A stretch of 64,000 nt of DNA from contig OY969814.1 of NCBI GenBank assembly GCA_963703345.1, positions 800,001-864,000 on the forward strand, given 5' to 3'. The DNA is from an uncultured Chloroflexia bacterium (GTDB taxonomy: Bacteria; Chloroflexota; Dehalococcoidia; DSTF01; JALHUB01). The position numbers were made by a program, and so were the translations under genes. Positions 1 to 9,831 of the stretch are shown in pieces (within the stretch, counting starts at the first letter, position 1; each line of letters starts with the position of its first letter). Under the pieces are notes generated by a model, which was given only the letters and a program-made list of their open reading frames with translations, was not told where the DNA came from and did not search any database.

Positions 1-171
1 GACGGCAGCGTCGTCGAGGCCGTCCAAGCCGAGGAGCAGATCGGGGTGCTCTTCGGGCCGGAAAGCTTCGGTCAGGGGGCGCAGGACCTGCGCCAGGAGG
101 GCGATGCCCGCCTTACCCGCTCAGCCGGCGCAGGAAGCGAGGCTGGTGAGGCGGACCTCTTCTCGCGACAT
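1..171 (-). CDS. selD: Selenide, water dikinase (selenophosphate synthetase), selenoprotein, 5' part only (runs off the window start)
   Basis: Minus-strand translation from ATG at 171 gives MSREEVRLTSLASCAG-TGA-AGKAGIALLAQVLRPL...PDLLLGLDGLDDAAV. This matches the SelD N-terminus (RLT..GU/CxxK...DDAAV), with TGA (121-123) at the catalytic Cys/Sec position. SD AAAGGA and a TATAAT lie upstream. Confidence 0.92.
78..94 (-). promoter_or_regulatory. Putative bacterial SECIS hairpin of selD
   Basis: mRNA GGCGCAG-GUC-CUGCGCC, with the loop about 33 nt after the UGA; resembles the E. coli fdhF SECIS apex (UGCAGGUCUGCA). Confidence 0.7.
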
Positions 172-304
172 CGTCGTTCCTTTGGCGCCGTCGGAATCGA
201 AGCTGCATACCCCGGCGCGATGAAGGAATTATACAACGCGGAATATCGGAGCGACAGAACAACATAGTCGCCGCGCCGTGCTAGAATCGGCGGCGGAGGC
301 CAAG

Positions 305-991
305 TTGGACGCGCTTACGCCGAGAGAGGTCATCGAGCTGTTGAGCGCGCGGTACGGCGACGTGCCGCAGCGACCGCGTCGCGACCCCATCGATGAACTT
401 GTCCTTGGCGTCCTATCGCAGAACACATCCGATACGAACTCGGGGTGGGCTTTCGCGCAACTGAAGCGCGCCTTTCCGCGATGGCAGGACATCATCGAAG
501 CGCCCGCGGCCGAGGTGGAAGAGGCGATTCGCCCCGGTGGCCTGGCGCCAACGAAGTCGCTTCGAATCAAGGCGATGCTGGCGGAGATCCTGAAGCGGCG
601 CGGCTCGTTCGACCTGTCGTTTCTGCGCGAGATGCCGCTGGACGAGGCGGAGGCGTGGCTGCGGTCGCTGCCGGGCGTGGGCCCGAAGACGGCGGCGGTC
701 GTGCTGCTGTTCTCGCTGGGGCGGCCGGCGTTCCCGGTCGATACGCACGTCCACCGCGTGCTGCGACGGCTAGGGCTCGTGCCGGCGGGGGCGTCGGCGA
801 CGCAGGCGCAGGCTCTATGGCAGGCACGGTTGGCGCCGGAGGAGGTTTTGCCGTTCCACATGTATCTCATCGCGCACGGTCGTCGTACCTGCGTCGCGCG
901 GCGGCCGCGCTGCCCGGAGTGCAGCCTGAGGCATCGCTGTCCGTCGGCGGCGGAGTTCTATCCATCGCTCAGCGCGGCCGCCGCGCCCTGA
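305..991 (+). CDS. nth: Endonuclease III family HhH-GPD DNA glycosylase
   Basis: LSQNTSD, HhH motif LPGVGPKTA, PVDTHV, 4Fe-4S motif CVARRPRCPECSLRHRC. TTG at 305 follows GGAGG (the ORF track starts at 278). Confidence 0.88.
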   Translation: MDALTPREVIELLSARYGDVPQRPRRDPIDELVLGVLSQNTSDTNSGWAFAQLKRAFPRWQDIIEAPAAEVEEAIRPGGLAPTKSLRIKAMLAEILKRRGSFDLSFLREMPLDEAEAWLRSLPGVGPKTAAVVLLFSLGRPAFPVDTHVHRVLRRLGLVPAGASATQAQALWQARLAPEEVLPFHMYLIAHGRRTCVARRPRCPECSLRHRCPSAAEFYPSLSAAAAP

Positions 992-1041
992 GGCGCCGCC
1001 TCGGGGCCGACGCCCGCCAAGCGTCGTACAGCGATCATTCC

Positions 1042-1070
1042 TTGCCAGCGAGCGCTCCCGTCGCTATACT
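1042..1070 (+). promoter_or_regulatory. Sigma70-type promoter of the arg cluster
   Basis: TTGCCA-17 bp-TATACT upstream of argC. Confidence 0.65.
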
Positions 1071-1143
1071 GAACCTTCAATCGAAATCGGATCGCGATTC
1101 GTCGTTCCCGTTTCGAGGCGAAATCGGCCTCTGGGAGAGGACA

Positions 1144-2166
1144 TTGACCACCGTAGGAATCCTCGGCGCGACGGGATACGCGGGTGGGGAGCTCGCTCGC
1201 CTGCTCTATCGGCACCCGCACGTTCGACTGGAGTCGGTAGCCAGCGCTGAGTGCGTCGGGCAACGGCTGGGCGACTTCTTTCCGCATCTTGCCCCGCTCG
1301 ATTTGACGATCTGCGACGAGCTCAGCGATGTCGATGTCGTGCTGGCGGCGCTGCCGCACGCGGTCGCGGCGAAGCTGCTGCTGCCGTGGATCGACCGCGG
1401 CAAGTTCGTCATCGATCTGAGCGCCGATTTTCGCCTCAAGGACGTGGCGGAGTACGAGCGCTGGTACCGGGTTGAGCATCCGCGACCGCACCTGCTGCAA
1501 CAGGCGGTCTACGGGCTGCCGGAGCTACATCGACGCGAGATAGCCGGCGCGCGGTTGGTCGCCAGCCCGGGCTGCTATCCGACGGGAGCGATACTGGCGC
1601 TGGCGCCGGCGGTCAAGAAAGGGCTTGTCGAGAAGAGCGTAATTGTCGACAGCAAGTCGGGCGCTTCCGGCGCAGGGCGCTCGCCGACGCTGACCACGAT
1701 GCTCGCGGAAGCCGGCGAGGGGATCTCGGCGTACGCGCTGTCGGGGCATCGGCACATGCCTGAGATCGCGCAGGAGCTGTCGCTGCTGGCGGGCGAGCCG
1801 TGTCGCGTCACCTTCGTGCCGCACCTGCTGCCGATGGCGCGCGGCATCCTGACGACCGCCTACGCGTGTCTGTCGGAGAAGGGGCGAAGCCTTGGCCAGC
1901 AGGGCGTGCAGGAAGCGTACCAGGAGTTTTATCGCGACGAGCCGTTCGTGCGGGTCGTCGCGGCGGCGCCGCAGACGAAGCACGTGCGCGGGAGCAACTA
2001 CTGCGCCGTCTGTCCGACGGTCGACGAGCGGACGGACAGGCTGGTGGTGGTGAGCTGCATCGACAACCTGGTGAAGGGCGCCTCCGGCCAGGCGATTCAG
2101 AGCATGAACGTGATGCTCGGTCTACCGGAGACGGCAGGACTGGAAGGGCTTGGCCTCTATCCTTAG
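1144..2166 (+). CDS. argC: N-acetyl-gamma-glutamyl-phosphate reductase
   Basis: GATGYAG, DLSADFRL, PGCYPT, SGASGAG, DNLVKGASGQA. TTG start after GGAGAGG. Confidence 0.96.
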   Translation: MTTVGILGATGYAGGELARLLYRHPHVRLESVASAECVGQRLGDFFPHLAPLDLTICDELSDVDVVLAALPHAVAAKLLLPWIDRGKFVIDLSADFRLKDVAEYERWYRVEHPRPHLLQQAVYGLPELHRREIAGARLVASPGCYPTGAILALAPAVKKGLVEKSVIVDSKSGASGAGRSPTLTTMLAEAGEGISAYALSGHRHMPEIAQELSLLAGEPCRVTFVPHLLPMARGILTTAYACLSEKGRSLGQQGVQEAYQEFYRDEPFVRVVAAAPQTKHVRGSNYCAVCPTVDERTDRLVVVSCIDNLVKGASGQAIQSMNVMLGLPETAGLEGLGLYP

Positions 2167-2268
2167 GCGCTGGCGACGTCGCTTTCAACCAATTATGAGC
2201 GCCGAGACCGGAAAGTCTCGGCTACGATGTTAATCTATGCCGTCGATTGAAGGCGGACTTCCCAAGAG

Positions 2269-3522
2269 ATGGTCAAACAGGTTAATGGCGACTCCAAGGT
2301 TGGCGTGACGGCTCCGCGCGGCTTTCTGGCGGGAGCGGTCCCGGCCGGGTTGCGAGAGCGCGGCAGAGGCGACGATCTGGCGCTGCTCTTCTCGGAGTCG
2401 CCGTGCGTGGCGGCAGGGCTTTTCACGAACGCCGCCTTCAGGGCGGCGCCGGTGGTCCTGTCGCAGAGGAACCTTATCGACGGGAAGGCGCAGGCGGTGA
2501 TAGCCAACGCCGGCTGCGCGAACGCTTACACCGGCGCCGAAGGTTACCGCGATTCTGAGGAGATGGCGCGCCTGGCCGCAAGCCACCTCCGCCTCGCTGG
2601 TAGCAGCGATCGGACTGCAAGCAAGCTGGCCCTCGTCGAGTCCGACGTCCTGGTCGCCAGCACCGGCGTCACCGGGCATCGACTGGCGATGGACAAGATT
2701 CGCGCCGCGTTGCCGTCGATAACCCTCGCTGCCGACGGCGGCGAGCGCTTCGCCCGCGCTATCATGACCACCGACACCGTCCCCAAGCAGGCGGCGGCGA
2801 CTTTCGAGACGGGCGACCGCAGGTACAGTGTCGGCGGCTGTGCCAAGGGCTCCGGCATGATCCATCCCAACCTGGCGACCATGCTCGCCTTCCTGACCAC
2901 CGACGCGCCGGTCGAGAGGGCGTTTCTGGAGGCGAGTCTGCGAGACGCGGCCGCGGCGTCCTTCGAGATGATGACCGTTGACGGCGACAGCAGTCCCAAC
3001 GACTCGCTGATCATCCTGGCGAACGGCCTTGGCGGCGGCCCGGCGCTGCGCGAGGGCGTCGAAGGCGCGACGCAGTTCAGCGAGGCCGTCGAGCAGGTGT
3101 GCGTTGAGCTGGCGAAGGGCATGGCGCGCGATGCTGAAGGCGCGACCAAGCTGATCGAAGTCGAAGTTGTCGGCGCGAGGAGCGTCGCTGATGCGCGGAT
3201 TGCCGCCCGCACCGTCGCCGGGTCGCCGCTCGTGAAGTCGGCCGTTTACGGCAATGACCCCAACTGGGGGCGGGTGCTGGCTGCTATTGCGCGAAGCGGG
3301 GCGGACGCCGAGGAAGGCCGGACCAGTCTCTTCTGGCAGGGCGTCTGCCTGTTTCAGGAAGGGCGCCTTGTGCCGTACGATGAGAAGGCCGTCGGCGCGG
3401 CGACGAACGCCTCCGAAGTGCGCATCCGCGTCGACCTGGGGCTTGGCGCCGCCGCTGCGACCGCCTGGGGCTGTGACCTGACGGAAGAGTACGTGCGCAT
3501 CAACAGCGAATACACGACGTAG
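2269..3522 (+). CDS. argJ: Bifunctional ornithine acetyltransferase
   Basis: NAGCANAYTG, IMTTDT, KGSGMIHPNLATML, DAEGATK, WGCDLT..Y..IN..YTT. Confidence 0.96.
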   Translation: MVKQVNGDSKVGVTAPRGFLAGAVPAGLRERGRGDDLALLFSESPCVAAGLFTNAAFRAAPVVLSQRNLIDGKAQAVIANAGCANAYTGAEGYRDSEEMARLAASHLRLAGSSDRTASKLALVESDVLVASTGVTGHRLAMDKIRAALPSITLAADGGERFARAIMTTDTVPKQAAATFETGDRRYSVGGCAKGSGMIHPNLATMLAFLTTDAPVERAFLEASLRDAAAASFEMMTVDGDSSPNDSLIILANGLGGGPALREGVEGATQFSEAVEQVCVELAKGMARDAEGATKLIEVEVVGARSVADARIAARTVAGSPLVKSAVYGNDPNWGRVLAAIARSGADAEEGRTSLFWQGVCLFQEGRLVPYDEKAVGAATNASEVRIRVDLGLGAAAATAWGCDLTEEYVRINSEYTT

Positions 3523-3537
3523 GAAGGTAAATACCGG

Positions 3538-4332
3538 TTGTTGGGGGAATCAACTCTCTTAGGTGAACTCTTGTCGAAGACCATCGTCGTCAAAGTGGGT
3601 GGGAGCACCTGGGACAGCCGCGACGCGGCGCTCGACGACATCGTCGCCTTGCAGCGCGAAGGGCAGCGCGTCGTCGTCGTTCACGGCGGCGGCGACATGC
3701 TGAGCCGCTGGCTGGACGTCCACGGCGTCGAGTCGCGCTTCGTCGACGGCCTGCGAGTGACGGACGAGGACGCCCTGCCGGTCGCGGTGGCCGTCCTGGC
3801 CGGCCTGGTCAACAAACAGCTCGTCGCCGGCATCAACGCGCTCGGCGGGAAGGCGGTGGGGCTGAGCGGAGCGGACGGCGCTTGTCTTGTCGCGCTAAGG
3901 CGGCCGGAGCTTGGCTACGTCGGCGAGGTCGAGCGCGTCGAAGCGGCGTTGCTGGACTCGCTTCTGGACCGTGGCTACCTGCCGGTCCTGGCACCCATCG
4001 GAGTCGAGTCCGGCCGGGCGCAACTGCTTAACATAAACGCCGACACCGTCGCCGGCGAGGTCGCGATCGCCCTCGATGCGGACGTGCTGGCATTCTTGAC
4101 CGACGTCCCCGGCGTGCTCGACAGTGACGGCCGGACGCTGGAACGGCTTTCGGCGGCGGAGGTCGAGTCGCTGGTCGCCGACGGCACGGTATCACGGGGC
4201 ATGCTGCCGAAGGTCGAAGCGTGCGTGAAAGCGTCGGCGGCAGGTTGTGCGGCGCTTATCATCGACGGTCGGCAAGAAGGGGCGATTCGCTCCGCGCTTC
4301 GGGGACAGGTCGGCGGGACGCGGGTCGGCTGA
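3538..4332 (+). CDS. argB: Acetylglutamate kinase
   Basis: VKVGG, VHGGG, DGLRVTD, NINAD, GMLPK. Confidence 0.95.
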   Translation: MLGESTLLGELLSKTIVVKVGGSTWDSRDAALDDIVALQREGQRVVVVHGGGDMLSRWLDVHGVESRFVDGLRVTDEDALPVAVAVLAGLVNKQLVAGINALGGKAVGLSGADGACLVALRRPELGYVGEVERVEAALLDSLLDRGYLPVLAPIGVESGRAQLLNINADTVAGEVAIALDADVLAFLTDVPGVLDSDGRTLERLSAAEVESLVADGTVSRGMLPKVEACVKASAAGCAALIIDGRQEGAIRSALRGQVGGTRVG

Positions 4333-4413
4333 GGTTGGCGGTGTTGCACCGGAATCTCCTAGCGCCTCGGGGTCTTGTGTCTCGGCTCGTCGGTCACGTT
4401 CTGAGTACGCAGC

Positions 4414-5262
4414 ATGCCTGACTCGTGGTGGCTCAAGGTCAAACGTGCACAGAAGCACATGGTAGACATCGAGCGTGAGGCCCAGAGATACGCCGGCCTC
4501 CGGCCGTATCGGTTTGAACCGTTCCCCCAACCTAAGGGTCATCGTGATCTGAGGTGGACCTTGCGGATCACGAGTCAGCCCGATCCAATGCTCGCCCTGA
4601 TGGTTGGCGATTTTGTACACAACCTCAGAAGTGCGCTCGATCACGTTGTGGTCGCCTCCATCCCCAAGAAGGCGCGTAGTAGTTTCACTGCCTTTCCATG
4701 GACGTCTGTGGACATCTTCGCCAAGCGTGCCAAGGGTGAGTTCGTGATCAAGAGCGACGATGCCAGGCAAGACTTCGAACGGGCCATCCGTGGTATCCAT
4801 CCGGATGCGAGGACAACCATCATAGGGCTGCAACCCTACCACGCTGGATCCGAGGCTCACCGTATGGTGCTCGGACTCATCAGCCGCCTCGACAATGCGG
4901 ATAAGCATCGCGAACTTACGACGTTCGGTGCGGGTCTCCTCAACCCGTGGGTAGAAGCAACGTATAGAGGGACTACTAGGAAGATTAGGCCAGCCAACGT
5001 CGCGGATCGGCAGTTTGTGAATGATGGCGCAGTAGTCCGATGGTACGATCCGGCTGACCCTGCGGTGCGACCTGAAGATGTTATCAAGCCCGAAGTGCAC
5101 ATGGAGTTCGGCGGAACCGCAAGCATATTCATCCGCGTGACCCGAATGGACGGGAAGAAGGCCCCGATGTCCAACCTCCACCTCTCGCTTACTATGATGC
5201 AGGCGATCCGCACGGTTCGGTGGGTGTTGCGGATGTTGGAACCCTTCGCTCTCTACAGGTAG
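4414..5262 (+). CDS. Hypothetical protein, possible HEPN-like RNase, apparently foreign
   Basis: 282-aa ORF with visibly more A/T-ending codons than its neighbours. Motifs KxxRAxxH, GDFVHNLRSALDH, LxxLDNADKHR. Confidence 0.6.
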   Translation: MPDSWWLKVKRAQKHMVDIEREAQRYAGLRPYRFEPFPQPKGHRDLRWTLRITSQPDPMLALMVGDFVHNLRSALDHVVVASIPKKARSSFTAFPWTSVDIFAKRAKGEFVIKSDDARQDFERAIRGIHPDARTTIIGLQPYHAGSEAHRMVLGLISRLDNADKHRELTTFGAGLLNPWVEATYRGTTRKIRPANVADRQFVNDGAVVRWYDPADPAVRPEDVIKPEVHMEFGGTASIFIRVTRMDGKKAPMSNLHLSLTMMQAIRTVRWVLRMLEPFALYR

Positions 5263-5426
5263 TGCTGCCGAAGGGTGGGCCTAGCGTTCGCATCGCCTCT
5301 CACCCTAGGCATGCGACGCCCTACGGTGATGGTACAGTTGCTGTTTCAACCCTCGGAATTGCTTGCGGCGACGGCTGGAGTGTCGGGCAAGCCCCGAAAG
5401 CGCGCTTGGGTTAGAATGAGGCAGAG

Positions 5427-6707
5427 ATGACAGACTGGCAAGAGATCGCTGACAAGTACATGATGACGACCTACAAGCGGCTGCCCGTCACGCTGGTCCG
5501 CGGCGAGGGGAGTCGCCTCTGGGATGACCGCGGCAAGGAGTACCTCGACTTCTTCGGCGGGCACGTCGTCGTCAGCCTCGGCCACTGCCACCCGGTCGTC
5601 GTTCAGGCCGTGCGGGAGCAGGCGGCGACGCTGATGCATTACTCCAACATCGTCTACACGACGCCGCAGCTCGAGCTGGCCCGCCTGCTGATCGACAACT
5701 CCTGCTTCGACCGCGCCTTCTTCTGCAACAGCGGCGCGGAGGCGGTCGAGGCCGCGCTCAAGCTGGCGCGGAAGTGGGGGAAGGAGCGTCGCGGCCCAGA
5801 CGGGCGCCCGTCGGGGCGCGCCTTCGAGGTGATCTGCGCCGAGAACGCCTTCCACGGTCGCACGCTGGCCACCGTCACGGCCGGCGGCACGGAGCGCTAC
5901 AAGGCGCCCTTCACGCCGCTGCCGGAGGGCTTCCGCCACGTCCCCTTCAACGACGCGAAAGCCATCGAGGACGCGACGTCGGAGAAGACGTGCGCGGTGC
6001 TGCTGGAGCCAATCCAGGGCGAGGGCGGGATCATCGTGCCCGACGAGGGCTACTTGCGCCGCGTCCGCGATTGGTGCAACCGGCAGAACCTGCTGCTCAT
6101 CCTCGACGAAGTGCAGACGGGAATGGGACGCACCGGCGCGCTCTTTGCCTACCAGCACTTCGGCGTCGAGCCCGACGTGATCACGCTGGCGAAGGGCCTC
6201 GGCGGCGGCTTCCCGATAGGAGCGGTGCTCGCCAAGGAGCATTGCGCCGTCTTCGTCCCCGGCGACCACGGCACGACTTTCGGCGGCAACCCCCTGGCGA
6301 CGAGCGTCGGCCACGCCGTCCTCGAGTACATGTTGGAGCACGACGTTCCGGCGCAGGCGGCGCGCAAGGGCGAGATCCTGGGCCGCAAGCTGTTCGAGCT
6401 GGAAGACCGCCTGGACCTTATCGCGGCGGTGCGCGGCATGGGCATGCTCTGGGGCGTCGAGTTCAAGCAGGAGATCGCGGAAGAGGTCGTGCTGGCCTGC
6501 CTGGAAGGCGGACTAATCGTCAACAACGTGCGCCCTAACGTGCTGCGCCTGTCGCCGCCGCTGACCATCAGCGACGAGGAGCTGGAGCAGGGACTGGCGA
6601 TACTCGAGCGCGTGCTGACGGCGGGAAACGAGCTTGAAAAGGCGTCGGAGCCGGCCTTCGAGCGCGATTGGGTGAGCAAAGAAGACGGCGCCTCCGAGGA
6701 CATGTAA
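5427..6707 (+). CDS. argD: Acetylornithine aminotransferase with an extra acidic C-terminal tail
   Basis: FCNSGAEAVE, FHGRT, EPIQGEGG, DEVQTGMGRTG, TLAKGLGGG, HGTTFGGNP; lies in the arg cluster. Confidence 0.93.
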   Translation: MTDWQEIADKYMMTTYKRLPVTLVRGEGSRLWDDRGKEYLDFFGGHVVVSLGHCHPVVVQAVREQAATLMHYSNIVYTTPQLELARLLIDNSCFDRAFFCNSGAEAVEAALKLARKWGKERRGPDGRPSGRAFEVICAENAFHGRTLATVTAGGTERYKAPFTPLPEGFRHVPFNDAKAIEDATSEKTCAVLLEPIQGEGGIIVPDEGYLRRVRDWCNRQNLLLILDEVQTGMGRTGALFAYQHFGVEPDVITLAKGLGGGFPIGAVLAKEHCAVFVPGDHGTTFGGNPLATSVGHAVLEYMLEHDVPAQAARKGEILGRKLFELEDRLDLIAAVRGMGMLWGVEFKQEIAEEVVLACLEGGLIVNNVRPNVLRLSPPLTISDEELEQGLAILERVLTAGNELEKASEPAFERDWVSKEDGASEDM

Positions 6708-6715
6708 TCATCCGC

Positions 6716-6737
6716 GTAGGCCGGCGTCTCGCCCGAC
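6716..6737 (+). repeat. Degenerate GTAG-type REP-like palindrome
   Basis: GTAGGCCGGCGTCTCGCCCGAC, similar to the copy at 45972-45994 on the minus strand. Confidence 0.4.
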
Positions 6738-6763
6738 GGTTCCTGCGTCAGCCGGTCCTTGAT

Positions 6764-6803
6764 TTGACAACCAATCGGTGAGCTGGTATCCTATAGGATA
6801 CCA
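6764..6803 (+). promoter_or_regulatory. Toxin-antitoxin promoter with overlapping palindromic operator
   Basis: TTGACA(6764)-17 bp-TATCCT(6787). A perfect 20-bp palindrome TGGTATCCTATAGGATACCA (6784-6803) covers the -10 box. Confidence 0.8.
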
Positions 6804-6824
6804 ATACCACCGAGGAGAGAAGCC

Positions 6825-7271
6825 ATGGCGAAAAACGCTTCCGAAGAGATCGACCGAAGGGCCCTACTGAAGGACCTGAAAACCATGAGGCAGATCGTCG
6901 ACAGACTGGAAGGCGCGGTTCTGGCATCCGAGGATCGAGGGATTGATCCTTACCGCCGAAGACGTCGACTCTTGAGAGACATATATCTCTCCGGCAACAG
7001 CACGAGTCGAGACGAGTTGGAGCCGGTCCTTCGCTCTCAGCTCACTGACTATCACTGGATCGCGCAGCAGGTTAAGAGAGGGTACCTTGCTGTTCATGCG
7101 CTTCCCGGCGGACATAAACGATTCGCGGTAACTCCCAAAGCCGTCCGCGAGCTTCGTTTGGGAGAGGAAGATGAGGAGGAGCAGGGAATCGACGCGATGA
7201 TGAAGCTGTCTGAAGAAGCCTTCGCAGAGGACTGGGATAGCGACGAAGACGGGATTTATGACAACCTATAG
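6825..7271 (+). CDS. Putative antitoxin (possible winged-helix N-terminus, acidic C-terminal tail)
   Basis: Overlaps the toxin start. Ends in SEEAFAEDWDSDEDGIYDNL, a motif type seen in antitoxins upstream of PemK/MazF genes. Confidence 0.75.
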   Translation: MAKNASEEIDRRALLKDLKTMRQIVDRLEGAVLASEDRGIDPYRRRRRLLRDIYLSGNSTSRDELEPVLRSQLTDYHWIAQQVKRGYLAVHALPGGHKRFAVTPKAVRELRLGEEDEEEQGIDAMMKLSEEAFAEDWDSDEDGIYDNL

Positions 7272-7617
7272 TCGCGGCGACGTTGTGCTGGTGCCTTTCC
7301 CTTTTGCGGAGCTCACTGGCACCAAGCGGCGCCCGGCACTTGTAGTCAGCAGCGACGAGCACAACCGCCAAAACCGCGCGGTCGTGATTGCCCAGATAAC
7401 GAGCAAAACGGAAGGACGGCCGCGCGTAGGAGACCAGCGGATCGACGAGTGGGAGAACGCTGGGCTGCTGGCGCCCTCGCTTCTGCGTTGCCATCTTGCG
7501 ACCATCAGAGATACGCTCATCTTTCGCAAGCTGGGGAAGCTTCCGGCGGCGGACATGGCGGCCGTCGAGACGAAACTCGCCGCTGTCTTTGGTCTACCCG
7601 TGGTCTCGCGAGATTGA
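7258..7617 (+). CDS. PemK/MazF-family type II toxin (endoribonuclease)
   Basis: RGDVVLVPFPF....KRRPALVVS...ITS; 119 aa. Confidence 0.92.
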   Translation: MTTYSRGDVVLVPFPFAELTGTKRRPALVVSSDEHNRQNRAVVIAQITSKTEGRPRVGDQRIDEWENAGLLAPSLLRCHLATIRDTLIFRKLGKLPAADMAAVETKLAAVFGLPVVSRD

Positions 7618-7638
7618 TGTTCGGAAAGAGAGAGTCAA

Positions 7639-8877
<1,239 letters not shown>

Positions 8878-8959
8878 CCATTCACGCCCCGCCGCCGCGT
8901 GTCAGCGCCGCCGCGGTCGTGTTACGATAAAAGAAAGAGGCCGATTGGAGCGAGGCGCG

Positions 8960-9316
8960 ATGGCGTGGGAGATCTCCGGCTGGGTAGTCCGCTATTACGG
9001 TTGTAGGGAAAAGGACCGCGACTGCCACGTCGGCAAGTTCGAGGTGTTCCGCGCCGAAGGCCCGACCCAGGAGGTCGAGGTGCTCACCACGATGCAGATC
9101 GAGCACATCCTGGCGGGCGAGATGGGGAAGCAGGACCTCTCTGATGAGGAACGCGGGATCATTCTCTCCGTCGCTGGGAAGCACCTAATTGAGCAGTGCA
9201 TCGAGCGGGACGGGCACGTGCCGCCGGTGCTCTACCTGTCCGGCCAGATATTTCGCTCCGAAGGCGCAGAGCGGCGCCTCCTCGAGGAGTGCGGTTTGAT
9301 GCCCGACTCCGGCTAG
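8960..9316 (+). CDS. Hypothetical protein (118 aa)
   Basis: ATG at 8960 after GGAG/GAGG; host-like codon usage; MAWEISGWVVRYYGCREK... Confidence 0.7.
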   Translation: MAWEISGWVVRYYGCREKDRDCHVGKFEVFRAEGPTQEVEVLTTMQIEHILAGEMGKQDLSDEERGIILSVAGKHLIEQCIERDGHVPPVLYLSGQIFRSEGAERRLLEECGLMPDSG

Positions 9317-9456
9317 ATGGCGCTCGTCGAATCCAACTTAGGCATACGGAAACCACATGTCTATCATCAGGATTGGATTGTCGCTCAATAAGTCCACTCT
9401 TTTCAGGTCGGTCGAGCATTGCCGTGGTTGCTCCGGAACTGAGTCCGGTACATATC

Positions 9457-9831
9457 ATGAAACCGAACGAACATATTGATAAGCTAATTGCAGAACTGAC
9501 CGACTGGCGCGGCAAGATATTCGCCGACATTCGGAGGATCATCCTCGAGGCGGATCCGGAGATAGTCGAGGAATGGAAATGGATGGGCACTCCGGTCTGG
9601 TCTCACGGCGGAATAGTCTGTATTGCCAATGCTTTTAAAGATAAGGTGAAGCTGACGTTTTACGAAGGCGCGAGTATCGCGGACCCGGACAAGCTCTACA
9701 ACAGCGGGCTTGAGGGCAAGAAGTGGCGGACCATCGACTATTTCAAAGACGACAAGATCAAGGAGCGCGAGCTGAAGGACCTGGTTCGCTCTGCCGTGGC
9801 CCACAACCTTGCTAGGAAATCAACAAAATGA
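9457..9831 (+). CDS. DUF1801 (YdhG-like) protein
   Basis: DWRG..., EEWKWMGTPVWSHGG, KVKLTF..GA...DP..L.NS.LEG; AT-richer than its neighbours. Confidence 0.85.
   Translation: MKPNEHIDKLIAELTDWRGKIFADIRRIILEADPEIVEEWKWMGTPVWSHGGIVCIANAFKDKVKLTFYEGASIADPDKLYNSGLEGKKWRTIDYFKDDKIKERELKDLVRSAVAHNLARKSTK

Noticed and set aside
2237-2268. Out-of-frame MPSIEGG upstream of argJ resembling an ArgJ N-terminus
   Set aside because: Too short to distinguish from chance.
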